Source: Candidatus Bathyarchaeota archaeon | GTDB taxonomy: Archaea; Thermoproteota; Bathyarchaeia; Bathyarchaeales; Bathycorpusculaceae | Assembly: GCA_963733095.1 (NCBI GenBank) | Contig: CAVTBV010000009.1 | Location: forward strand, 203,372-267,371 | Reading direction: 5' to 3' | Length of the DNA: 64,000 nt | Shown here: in pieces, positions 20,110 through 28,065 of the stretch | Layout of the letters: each line of letters opens with the position of its first letter | Numbering within the stretch: the first letter of the stretch is position 1 | Made by a program: the position numbers and the translations under genes | Notes under the pieces: generated by a model | Told to the model about the DNA's origin: nothing | What the model saw: the letters and a program-made list of their open reading frames with translations, nothing else | Databases searched by the model: none

Positions 20110-20240
20110 AAGGCCTGCAGCAAACCAGGGGGCATAAGGTAAGTGCATTCTATTTTTCTTTATTTTTTTTAATGTTCTGATGATTAGCTGTTTTGCCCCA
20201 AACCTCTCTTCTACTATACCCCCAGAAAATTGCAGGCCTT
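20110..20240 (-). repeat. AGGCCT-bounded repeat, copy C (inverted)
   Basis: Reverse complement AAGGCCTGCAATTTTCTGGGGGTATAGTAGAAG...TAATCATCAGAACATTAAAA...GCAGGCCTT. Confidence 0.8.
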
Positions 20241-20665
20241 GTGAGTATCCCGCTACCGCACGATAGAAGAAATGCGCTTGCTGGAAAATGCCGAATTAAT
20301 TGCACCAGAATTTGCACGAACGGTTGCTCCGATTTTCATAGGAAATAACCGAACTCGACCGATTCCGATGCCGCAGTTACGCCGTTCCTACGGGCTTTCG
20401 TTTTGATCGCCCGTATCTGAAATAGTAACCAATGAGCATGAGGCCAATTGTAACAGCGATTACTATAATTGCCGTATCAGTAGTCGTGTTGTTTCCCCTC
20501 TATCCATGCGTTGTTTAACATCTAATAGCCCTACCTGCACGTTTAAAGTATGCAATGTCACGCTTATATGGCACGCTGTTCTTAGAGCGCAACAAATTGA
20601 AGGCCTTTAGCTATCGCAAGAAAACCTGTAGAGGCGATTAAATATCGCTCAAGGAAAATTTTTTT

Positions 20666-20947
20666 ATGCTCAGCAAAACGGAACAGGAATTTCTTCGGGA
20701 CCCATCAAGTTTTAACTCGAATTATCAGCGTTCATTGCGTTGCCGCCTTAAAGTCAAAGCCGAAAAAATGCGCGGGGAACTTTCTTTGCTTAACGCTACG
20801 GAAAACTGTAGCGGCGTTGCTGAATTCTGCAGCGAAAATAAACGTCTAAATCAAGACCATTCAATGAATCAGGGGCAGAAATGGAGCCTTCGGCGGGATT
20901 TGGACCCGCGACCATTACCTTACCAAGGTAACGCCCCACCGGGCTAG
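20666..20947 (+). pseudogene. Integrase N-terminal fragment, int(N), overlapping tRNA-Thr
   Basis: ORF reads through the antisense tRNA (WSLRRDLDPRPLPYQG), the hallmark of SSV-type split integrases. Confidence 0.7.
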
Positions 20948-20958
20948 GCTACGAAGGC
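20882..20958 (-). tRNA. tRNA-Thr(GGT)
   Basis: GCCTTCG acceptor / CGAAGGC-T-CCA; anticodon arm TTACC-TTGGTAA-GGTAA; T arm GCGGG-TCCAAAT-CCCGC. Confidence 0.95.
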
Positions 20959-21125
20959 AAATTTGTGTTCTTCTCTCAAACAACATGCAGTTCTAAATAA
21001 AGAGCTTACGGTTACCCAGCCCAATCCAACGATGGAAACCAGCAAAATAACGCTGAAACACCAGACTTTAGGGGGCAAATAAATATTAAAGGAGGCTAAA
21101 CGTATTGTCACACAGTTCAACGTGT

Positions 21126-21213
21126 GCAGGGGTCTCCAAGCCAGGTCAACGGAGTAGGGCTTAGGACCCTATCGCGTAGGCGTTCGTGGGTTCGAATCCC
21201 ACCCCCTGCACCA
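21126..21213 (+). tRNA. tRNA-Leu(TAG)
   Basis: GCAGGGG / CCCCTGC-A-CCA; anticodon arm TAGGG-CTTAGGA-CCCTA; long variable arm; T arm GTGGG-TTCGAAT-CCCAC. Confidence 0.96.
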
Positions 21214-21280
21214 TATATAAATAAACTGCAGTGGATTTATCCTGGCGATGTATACCTGTTTTTTCTTGGTTTTTCATATT

Positions 21281-21358
21281 TTAAATATTCCTTTTTCTAA
21301 AGAACTTGAGCCCTTCAAAGTCGGTGATGTACTCAAAGCCTTCTTCTTTCCAACAAGC
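21281..21358 (-). pseudogene. Putative integrase C-terminal stub
   Basis: EEGFEYITDFEGLKFFRKRNI*, homologous to 56577-56663. The GFEY...FRKRK tail is as I recall it from archaeal Zn-ribbon tyrosine integrases. Confidence 0.6.
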
Positions 21359-21550
21359 GTAGGACTGTCACTTAACTAAAAGAAGACGACAACATTCCTG
21401 TACACAGCGCTGTCTTCTGTCGACTTAAAGCTGATTCCCAACGCAAGCCATCAGTTACCGGGTAGAAGAAGCGTCCGTGCAGCAATCTTCTTCTTCTCTT
21501 AAAGTAGACTACCGACGAACAAATAACCTTGTGCAGGACCTTAACTGGAC

Positions 21551-22240
21551 TTAATAATATTTCTTCAACGGGTTTTGCGGGTCCGTCGCTAACTTCACAG
21601 ACGACGGAATTATGACGTTGCGCCAATCCGGTTCGAATGTTCTTGCTTCAATACCAGAAACATTAACTCGGTGGATGTGGAGAGCATATTCCATCGCTTG
21701 GTCCTGAGGGTTCTCAAGCTCAAGCATCTGCTTTAGGCTTAAGTGTTCAAAGACTCTTCTAATCGGGCGCATCGAGTTGCCATGGCACGAGATAGCCACA
21801 TTACAAGGATTCTGTCGAAGCCAACTTTCAAGTTGCACAATAAAGGGCAAGGTGCGGCTTTCAACCATTTTGAGGCTTTCGCCGTCTGGAGGCGCAAAAT
21901 CGTAGCCTCGATGAACTTTGGCAAACCACTCAGGTTTTTCGGCTGCTACCTCAACCTTGCTTTTGCCCTGCAACGTACCATAACAACGTTCTATCAGGCG
22001 GTCGTCTACGAAAACAGGAACGTTGAGGTGCGGTTTGAGGACAATCTCAAGGGTTCTTTTGGCTCTCAACAGATGTGATGTAAATGCATAGTCAATTTTT
22101 TCTTGTTCCAACTGTTGAGCAATTTCTTGTGCCTGTAAAAGTCCTTTTGCAGTTAAGTCTGGGTCACGCCAGCCCGAGAATATTCGGTTGCTATTATCAG
22201 TGGTCTCAGCGTGTCTAAAAACGAACAGATTACAAATCAT
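21551..22240 (-). CDS. Histidine phosphatase / 2,3-BPG-dependent phosphoglycerate mutase family
   Basis: FRHAET, FSGWRDPDLT, ERCYGTLQG, PPDGESL and SCHGNSMR motifs. Confidence 0.88.
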   Translation of the reverse strand: MICNLFVFRHAETTDNSNRIFSGWRDPDLTAKGLLQAQEIAQQLEQEKIDYAFTSHLLRAKRTLEIVLKPHLNVPVFVDDRLIERCYGTLQGKSKVEVAAEKPEWFAKVHRGYDFAPPDGESLKMVESRTLPFIVQLESWLRQNPCNVAISCHGNSMRPIRRVFEHLSLKQMLELENPQDQAMEYALHIHRVNVSGIEARTFEPDWRNVIIPSSVKLATDPQNPLKKYY

Positions 22241-22563
22241 AAATTAGCTTCACCAAATGTCGAGTAAACTGGGGCTATCGCAAATTGTCTTAACTCTTTT
22301 ATTTACATATCTCAATTGAGTTACTGGCATGTTCCAAAGCGGTTCTCACATCCTCGGTGAACAGAACATTTCTTCATCTTAACCGTACGCATTTCATAAA
22401 GTCTGTTTGCAACTGTTAATAATCTGTCTTTTTCTTCACGGTAGTTTATCACCAAAACCGTGTTGCTTACAGAAACATAAACAACATTTTGAATCTCAAT
22501 TTCTTCTGAATTAGACCCTCCTTTCTCTTTTTATTTTTCTTTATTTAATTTGCAAAAAAGGCA

Positions 22564-23079
22564 CTATAATTGTTCAATTTCAATTGCAACCTCGTTTCTG
22601 CGCAAAAATCCCGGAATAAATGGCGGATTGTAAAGCATTGTGAACACTTCACCTTTTGTTTTGATTTTCGCCGCTGTTAATTCGTGCAATAGTTCTTGCG
22701 TCTCTTTTTCAAAATGAGCTTCTGACCACCCGCCTGAGAAACAAAGGGCAGCAACAGTTCTCTCAGGAATTTCAGATATTTTCACCTTATCATCCAAAGG
22801 TTCAGGAGTGGTCTCAAGCGTGTATTCTGCAGGCATCACAAAGGCCATAGCACCAGTCTCCGAGATAACGGGTGAAGTCATCGAGATTTTTTGAGAAACC
22901 ACTGGCGCAGTCATTTTCACTTTTGATTGTTGCTTATTTTGGCCCGTTATGAACTTGTAAAGAAGACTAAACGCATCTACTGTTGGATCTTCGACCTTTG
23001 CAATAACGGTCTTTGGGTATCGACGAATCTCAACTTTTCCTATCTCTCGAATTACTTCATATTTTAATGTCTCAACCAT
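22564..23079 (-). CDS. SOUL heme-binding protein
   Basis: EIRRYP, KMTAPV, MAFVMP and YNPPF...RRNEV motifs; start MVETLKY. Confidence 0.88.
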   Translation of the reverse strand: MVETLKYEVIREIGKVEIRRYPKTVIAKVEDPTVDAFSLLYKFITGQNKQQSKVKMTAPVVSQKISMTSPVISETGAMAFVMPAEYTLETTPEPLDDKVKISEIPERTVAALCFSGGWSEAHFEKETQELLHELTAAKIKTKGEVFTMLYNPPFIPGFLRRNEVAIEIEQL

Positions 23080-23098
23080 TTTTTCCACTTCCAAGTTT

Positions 23099-23881
23099 TT
23101 AGGAGATTTTGCGTCTAAACAACAGAATACTGGCACCCAAACTAAGAACGCCCACGATAAATATTGCAATCAATGCGTACCAAATATCTTGCCAGACGAA
23201 GCCCTTGATTATTAATGACTGAAAGGCGCCAGCAACATAGGTGAAGGGGTTGACCTTCGCGACTTGTTGAACCCAATCAGGTAACAGACCAAGCGGCATT
23301 ACAGCAGCGGAGAGAAACAAAAGCGGAAAAGTAGTTAAAAGACCAATTGAAAGGGTAGTTTCAGCATTCTTGGTGTTTAAAGCCACAAACAAGGAAATTC
23401 CTGACCAAGCAATTCCGAAAAGGGCGGCTAACACGAAAATCAATAAAACTCCGAGAACACCCGAGGCTATGTTTACACCTAAAACTAAACCAATCGCAAG
23501 TATAATTGCAACCTGAATAACTGTAGTCAATGCGCTACTGAAAAGTCTCCCAAAGAGAATTGATGATTTATTGATTGGAGCAACTCGCATTTTGTCCATA
23601 AAGCCGCTGTCAAAATCGTTCACTATTCCAATCCCTGTATTCAACGCTGAGGAGGCAATTGTTTGTATTACGACTGCGGCAGTGAAGAACGTAATGTAGC
23701 TGCTTGTTCCAGTGAGCAGTCGGAAGGTTGGTATGTTTCCAATTGCCGAGAAAGCTTGAGTGAAAAGCAAAAACCAAACTAGCGGTTGAATGAGATTGAA
23801 GAAAATTAAAATTGGCTGGCGCAACAGTTTTTTGTTCCAGCGCATAAAAATAGCTGCAACTTCCGAGAGCATTTCCATCAT
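23099..23881 (-). CDS. ABC-2 exporter permease
   Basis: Six TM helices, LLPDWVQQVAKVNPFTY motif. Confidence 0.9.
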   Translation of the reverse strand: MMEMLSEVAAIFMRWNKKLLRQPILIFFNLIQPLVWFLLFTQAFSAIGNIPTFRLLTGTSSYITFFTAAVVIQTIASSALNTGIGIVNDFDSGFMDKMRVAPINKSSILFGRLFSSALTTVIQVAIILAIGLVLGVNIASGVLGVLLIFVLAALFGIAWSGISLFVALNTKNAETTLSIGLLTTFPLLFLSAAVMPLGLLPDWVQQVAKVNPFTYVAGAFQSLIIKGFVWQDIWYALIAIFIVGVLSLGASILLFRRKIS

Positions 23882-23883
23882 TT

Positions 23884-24900
23884 TTAACGTCTCCTTCTTT
23901 TTTGAGCACCAATTGCTTCTTTGCGTTCTACAACGTTGAGGGTTTTTCCTGTTAGTTTAAGGAAGACTTCATCAAGAGTGGGCGCTGAAAGGTTAAGTTG
24001 TTCAATGTCAATACCAGCATTATCCAATTCTCGTACTATTTGCGTAATAACTGTTGGGCCATTTTTTGCTGTTATCGTCAAGCCGTTCTCGGAGATTAAG
24101 CCGTCGTTGCATTTGCCGACTTCTTGAATCCCGGGCAACGTAGAGATTAATTCTTTAGCCTTATCACACGCTGAGGAATCGGCTATTTTGAATCGGAGTT
24201 TGATTTTGTCTGAGCCTATTTGCTCCTTTAGTTCATTTGGTGAGCCTTCCGCAACAATTTTACCTTGATCGATGATACATAATCTTCCGGCTAAAAGGTC
24301 AGCTTCTTCCATATACTGTGTGGTTAAGAAGATTGTCATTCCTTGACGGTTGAGCTTTGTTATGTAACTCCAAATATCTTGACGGCTCTGTGGGTCTAAA
24401 CCTGTTGTTGGTTCATCTAAGAATAGAATTTTAGGTTCAGAAACTAATGCTGACGCTAAGTCGAGCCTCTTTCTCATTCCACCTGAAAAAGTCTTTAATC
24501 TACGGTCAGCTGCCTCAGCAAGCCTGATTGTTTGTAGGAGTTCGTTAACTTTTGCTTTCGCTTTTTCTTTTGCAATATGATGAAAGCTGCATTGCAACAT
24601 TAGGTTCTCACGTGCAGTGAGGTCATCATCGACTCCGACTTCCTGTGACGAGTATCCTATTATGCGTCTTACCTTGGCTTGGTCAGCATCAACGTCTAAT
24701 CCATCGATTGTGACTTCTCCAGAACTTTTTTCTAAAAGTGTTGTTAGGATTTTAATTGTTGTACTTTTTCCTGCTCCGTTCGGACCTAGAAAACCGAAAA
24801 TTTCGCCTTTTTTCACAGTGAAAGATATGTCATTTACTGCAACAATGTTTTTGCCGTAAGTTTTGTTTAGATTTTTTACTTCTACAATATTTTCTGCCAT
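23884..24900 (-). CDS. ABC exporter ATP-binding protein (DrrA-like)
   Basis: GPNGAGKST, FSGGMRKRL and LDEPTTGLDP motifs. Confidence 0.93.
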   Translation of the reverse strand: MAENIVEVKNLNKTYGKNIVAVNDISFTVKKGEIFGFLGPNGAGKSTTIKILTTLLEKSSGEVTIDGLDVDADQAKVRRIIGYSSQEVGVDDDLTARENLMLQCSFHHIAKEKAKAKVNELLQTIRLAEAADRRLKTFSGGMRKRLDLASALVSEPKILFLDEPTTGLDPQSRQDIWSYITKLNRQGMTIFLTTQYMEEADLLAGRLCIIDQGKIVAEGSPNELKEQIGSDKIKLRFKIADSSACDKAKELISTLPGIQEVGKCNDGLISENGLTITAKNGPTVITQIVRELDNAGIDIEQLNLSAPTLDEVFLKLTGKTLNVVERKEAIGAQKRRRR

Positions 24901-25119
24901 CTTTTTCTCACTGCAGTTAAAAACTAGGGGTAATTCCTACACTTAACCTATTTCTAAGGGTGTAATAACCTTATCGTTGAGTTCTTTAACAACTTGTTTC
25001 TCAGGATTATTATTTATAATTAAAATCTTGTTTTTCTTCTCTAAAATACAAAGAAAAAGGGGAAAGTAACTGCACAGAAGCAAATCAAACGATAGATGCA
25101 TCCCCACAAGTACCCTCGG

Positions 25120-25180
25120 CCCAATTACCTCTTGGCCATTAAGGGTTCGAGGCAACGGCTGCTCAAACTACCAGGGGATT
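25120..25180 (+). repeat. att-like site, non-tRNA right arm type
   Basis: AGGGTTCGAGGCAACGGCTGCTCAAACTACCAGGGG matches the reverse complement of 62086-62120. Confidence 0.65.
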
Positions 25181-25287
25181 AAAACACAACCTACTGCAGG
25201 CGAATTCTTTCGATACCACAAATCGTACTTCAACTCAAAAGCCCATCCCCAGCACTATGGTTAAGATTCAGTATATAGAAAGAATTT

Positions 25288-25327
25288 TTGGGCAAAGAGT
25301 ACTTTCATTGGGCAAAGAGGACTTTCA
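25288..25327 (+). repeat. Tandem 20 bp duplication
   Basis: TTGGGCAAAGAGTACTTTCA followed by TTGGGCAAAGAGGACTTTCA. Confidence 0.9.
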
Positions 25328-25391
25328 ATGAACTATAACAAAGCAAATTTAGCTGTAACTACATAAATGAACTTTAAGATGAGGGTTTGAA

Positions 25392-26009
25392 GTGCAAATT
25401 TGGTTCCTGCTTTCCTTATTAGGCTTCATCGCAGTAATACCAATTTATTTCTTATCAATTGAGCACTCAAAACTCAAACAAAAATATGGTGAACAAAAAG
25501 GAAAAAGGATCGGAGAAATATTAGGTATAGTTTCTGGTTGGGGATTTTTTCTTTTTTGGTTCGGAATCTGGTTTTCTCCGCAAGACAGATTTGCTACTCC
25601 ATTTCTTGAGGATTTGTCAATTCAAATTCCATACATCAACTTCACACTCAATGTCGCCAATCTAATTGTTTTTCTGCCGTTTTTCATAGCTGGTGCATGG
25701 TTTGGAGTCAAAGGCGTTCTAGAAACATCTCTTAAGGTTGCAGAAACTCACAGAGCAGAAAAAATCACCTCCACAGGCGTTTACTCAATTATGCGTCACC
25801 CACAATATTTTGGCGGAATACTAGCACACATCGGTTTTTCCATTCTACTATCAGCAACTTTTTCTCTTCTCGTTACTCCTTTGGTAGTGGCTGAAATCTA
25901 CTTGATTTCACTAAAGGAAGAAAGCGAACTATCCAAAGAATTTGAAAAAGAATATGAAGACTACAAAACGAAAGTTCCGATGTTGTTTCCCAGGAAATTG
26001 AGAAGGTAG
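25392..26009 (+). CDS. Isoprenylcysteine carboxylmethyltransferase (ICMT/PEMT) family membrane protein
   Basis: TGVYSIMRHPQY and EE..L...F..EY..YK.KVP motifs. Confidence 0.88.
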   Translation: MQIWFLLSLLGFIAVIPIYFLSIEHSKLKQKYGEQKGKRIGEILGIVSGWGFFLFWFGIWFSPQDRFATPFLEDLSIQIPYINFTLNVANLIVFLPFFIAGAWFGVKGVLETSLKVAETHRAEKITSTGVYSIMRHPQYFGGILAHIGFSILLSATFSLLVTPLVVAEIYLISLKEESELSKEFEKEYEDYKTKVPMLFPRKLRR

Positions 26010-26166
26010 AAAATGCATGTTTTTCAAACCTTGGTTCTTTGTTGCAGGTGCTATGTTGGCGAACACGATTTTGTACTTGTCGTCCCAGCGTGATAGATGA
26101 GTTGAGGTCAACCCTATCCTGAAAGCCTAATAGGGCAGATGAGAAATTCCTTTTGGGGTGTAGTAA

Positions 26167-26403
26167 GTGAAGAATGGCGAATGCACGATTTACATTATGA
26201 AAGGTGAGAAATGTATCAATAAGTTTAGGAGAGCAAAGGATGGTTGGAGTTTAACCATTGCGAGCGGTCGTGTGTTTTCTTGTACCTGTGAACAGATGGT
26301 TTCTCATTTACTACCCGCTTTAGCATTTGGGAGCAAGAAGGGCATAGCGGTTAAGGTCATCCCCGACAAAGAATTGTTGACAAAATCGCCAACTAATAGC
26401 TGA
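26167..26403 (+). CDS. Hypothetical protein
   Basis: 78 aa ORF ending just before a hairpin and an att-like site. Confidence 0.55.
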   Translation: MKNGECTIYIMKGEKCINKFRRAKDGWSLTIASGRVFSCTCEQMVSHLLPALAFGSKKGIAVKVIPDKELLTKSPTNS

Positions 26404-26421
26404 ACAAACCCCTCTTAAGAT

Positions 26422-26481
26422 AAAAGAGGGATGTGCGGGTGACATCTCCACGGGTAGAGGGTTCAAATCCCACCTGCACAA
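26422..26481 (+). repeat. tRNA-T-arm att-like site (Leu-type)
   Basis: AAAAGAGGGATGTGCGGGTGACATCTCCACGGGTAGAGGGTTCAAATCCCACCTGCACAA. Confidence 0.88.
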
Positions 26482-26699
26482 CAATCGGACCACATCGCAA
26501 CGCCATTGCTCCGATAAACGGCTTTTTGAGCTGCTAAAGAACTTCTGTTGCCTAGAGCGCTCAAAGAAGAAAAAGATGGTGCAGCAATCAAACTACTCAA
26601 TAACCCATAAGGAAAACAAAACAGACAACTAAGATGCCCACCCCTCTTAGGATTCTCCCGATTAAGCGCTTGTTGCTTTAAACCTGCAGCGGAGTGCAA

Positions 26700-26890
26700 A
26701 GGCATTGGGTTTGCCTAAATGCTTGTACACTCACGTCCACACTGCTCTGCATGGGTTCTATGTTGAGCTGTGTGGGCAAACGCTCTTCCCACACTAAAAC
26801 CGCATAAGGCAAAAAGCCTAAACCAAGAAAGCAGACGTTTGCAAAGCCCACAGTGTAGTGTTGAATCTTTAGAGCCCCACACTCACACAA
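26700..26890 (-). repeat. GTGTG/CACAC-rich non-coding element, copy 1
   Basis: Aligns with 56776-56945; contains the hairpin GTGTGGG-N11-CCCACAC. Confidence 0.8.
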
Positions 26891-26930
26891 AGAAAAAAGA
26901 AATGAACCTCTTTCATGGCTAAAGCGATTA

Positions 26931-26979
26931 GGGTCTGAGCGTTAAATTTAGACGTGGTTTAAATCTAACCCCTGCGCCA
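26931..26979 (+). repeat. Degenerate att-like site (Leu-type 3' end)
   Basis: ...GTGGTTTAAATCTAACCCCTGCGCCA. Confidence 0.55.
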
Positions 26980-27197
26980 GTTTAAGCAAAACGTATGAGG
27001 GTACGTTCGGGTATAATTCCGCTAAAGTTTACATTCTCTAAAGATTCTGGCGCCACCAAATTCTGTGACCTACTCAAAGCCTGATTCTACAAAGCTACAG
27101 ATTTCTTTTTCCGTTTTAGCAACTTTTGAGTTGTAGCTTGTTTTGCCTTGGAATAATGCTTCTTCAAGCTGGACGCAAAAAGGAAAGTTTTGGACTT

Positions 27198-27665
27198 CTA
27201 TGCGAAGCTAACAAATTTTTTCGGTTCATTACTCGTTGCAAAAGTCCAGAAGTGAGCTGTGCATTTAATGATTCTAAAGAGAATCAGCCCTGGATTTTCC
27301 GGTGTTAATCCTGCCTTCTTTAGGAAGGGCCTGGCGTCAAGAAGCTTCTTTTTCATTTCTATATCATCAATGAATTCAACCGTGCCGGCTACCCTCATTT
27401 GCTGCATGTCTTTGCTTTTACTGTTAAAGAAGCACACTTCAACCTTAGGTGTAGCTTTCAACTGCTTATAGACATCTTTTCCAGCGGCAGAGCTGTAATA
27501 TAGACCTGACTTGTCAGCGTACCAAAGTTGAAATCCTCTGACCCGCGGTTGTCCACTATCTACGGTTGCTAAGAAGCCTATTGGATTTTCATTTACAAAC
27601 TTGATATACTCTTCTAATGTAGATGGTTGACTCATGTTGTTTTTCACTGAAAGATACTTTGGCAA
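27198..27665 (-). CDS. Pyridoxamine 5'-phosphate oxidase-like FMN-binding protein
   Basis: FLATVDSGQPRVR, KQLKATPKVEVCF and QMRVAG motifs. Confidence 0.88.
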   Translation of the reverse strand: MPKYLSVKNNMSQPSTLEEYIKFVNENPIGFLATVDSGQPRVRGFQLWYADKSGLYYSSAAGKDVYKQLKATPKVEVCFFNSKSKDMQQMRVAGTVEFIDDIEMKKKLLDARPFLKKAGLTPENPGLILFRIIKCTAHFWTFATSNEPKKFVSFA

Positions 27666-27724
27666 CAGTATATTTATTGTTATTAAATTATGAAAGTTAA
27701 TCTCTCAAAAAAGATTATTCTTTC

Positions 27725-27786
27725 AAAATAGGGAAGTGCGGGAACATCTCCACCGGCTTGAGGGTTTGAATCCCATCCCTGCACCA
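27725..27786 (+). repeat. tRNA-T-arm att-like site (Leu-type)
   Basis: AAAATAGGGAAGTGCGGGAACATCTCCACCGGCTTGAGGGTTTGAATCCCATCCCTGCACCA. Confidence 0.88.
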
Positions 27787-28065
27787 TTTTCGAACACTAT
27801 CACATGACTTAGAAACCAAGCAGTCAATAATGACTGCCAGAACCCTGACGAACCCATTCAAAGGCTGGGTTCTTCCAAACGCCTAAATGCTGGATAGGGC
27901 TTAACCATCTATTCCAGAGATTTGGTGTACCCAACTCTATTTATTTCGTCAAGAGTCAGCTAACGTTGTACAAATCGATAAAGCAACAATCAAAACGGTA
28001 AACTTCAATGGACAATTAGTCCATACAAACTAAATTGCAACCCAAATTTTCTTCTTTATTCATTA

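Larger units (their letters stand above)
14705..20897. mobile_element. Decayed SSV-type integrative element in tRNA-Thr
   Basis: 16 bp direct repeats, int(C) at the distal end, int(N) reading into the tRNA, AT-rich small ORFs inside. Confidence 0.8.

Noticed and set aside
19048-20240. Hammerhead ribozyme or C/D box RNA (CTGATGA in copies A and C)
   Set aside because: Copy B has GTGATGA, and there is no conserved GAAA core or D box.
25288-25327. 20 bp tandem repeat as a mini-CRISPR or iteron
   Set aside because: Only two adjacent units with no spacer; more likely slippage or an assembly artefact.
26678-26890. Cys-rich ORFs 26678-26890 and 56780-57055
   Set aside because: The DNA is homologous but the translations are unrelated; the Cys/Val content comes from GTGT repeats.
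27040-27060. GGCGCCACCA and similar short tRNA-end-like strings (also near 25245)
   Set aside because: No recognisable T-loop or conserved arm; too degenerate to count as sites.
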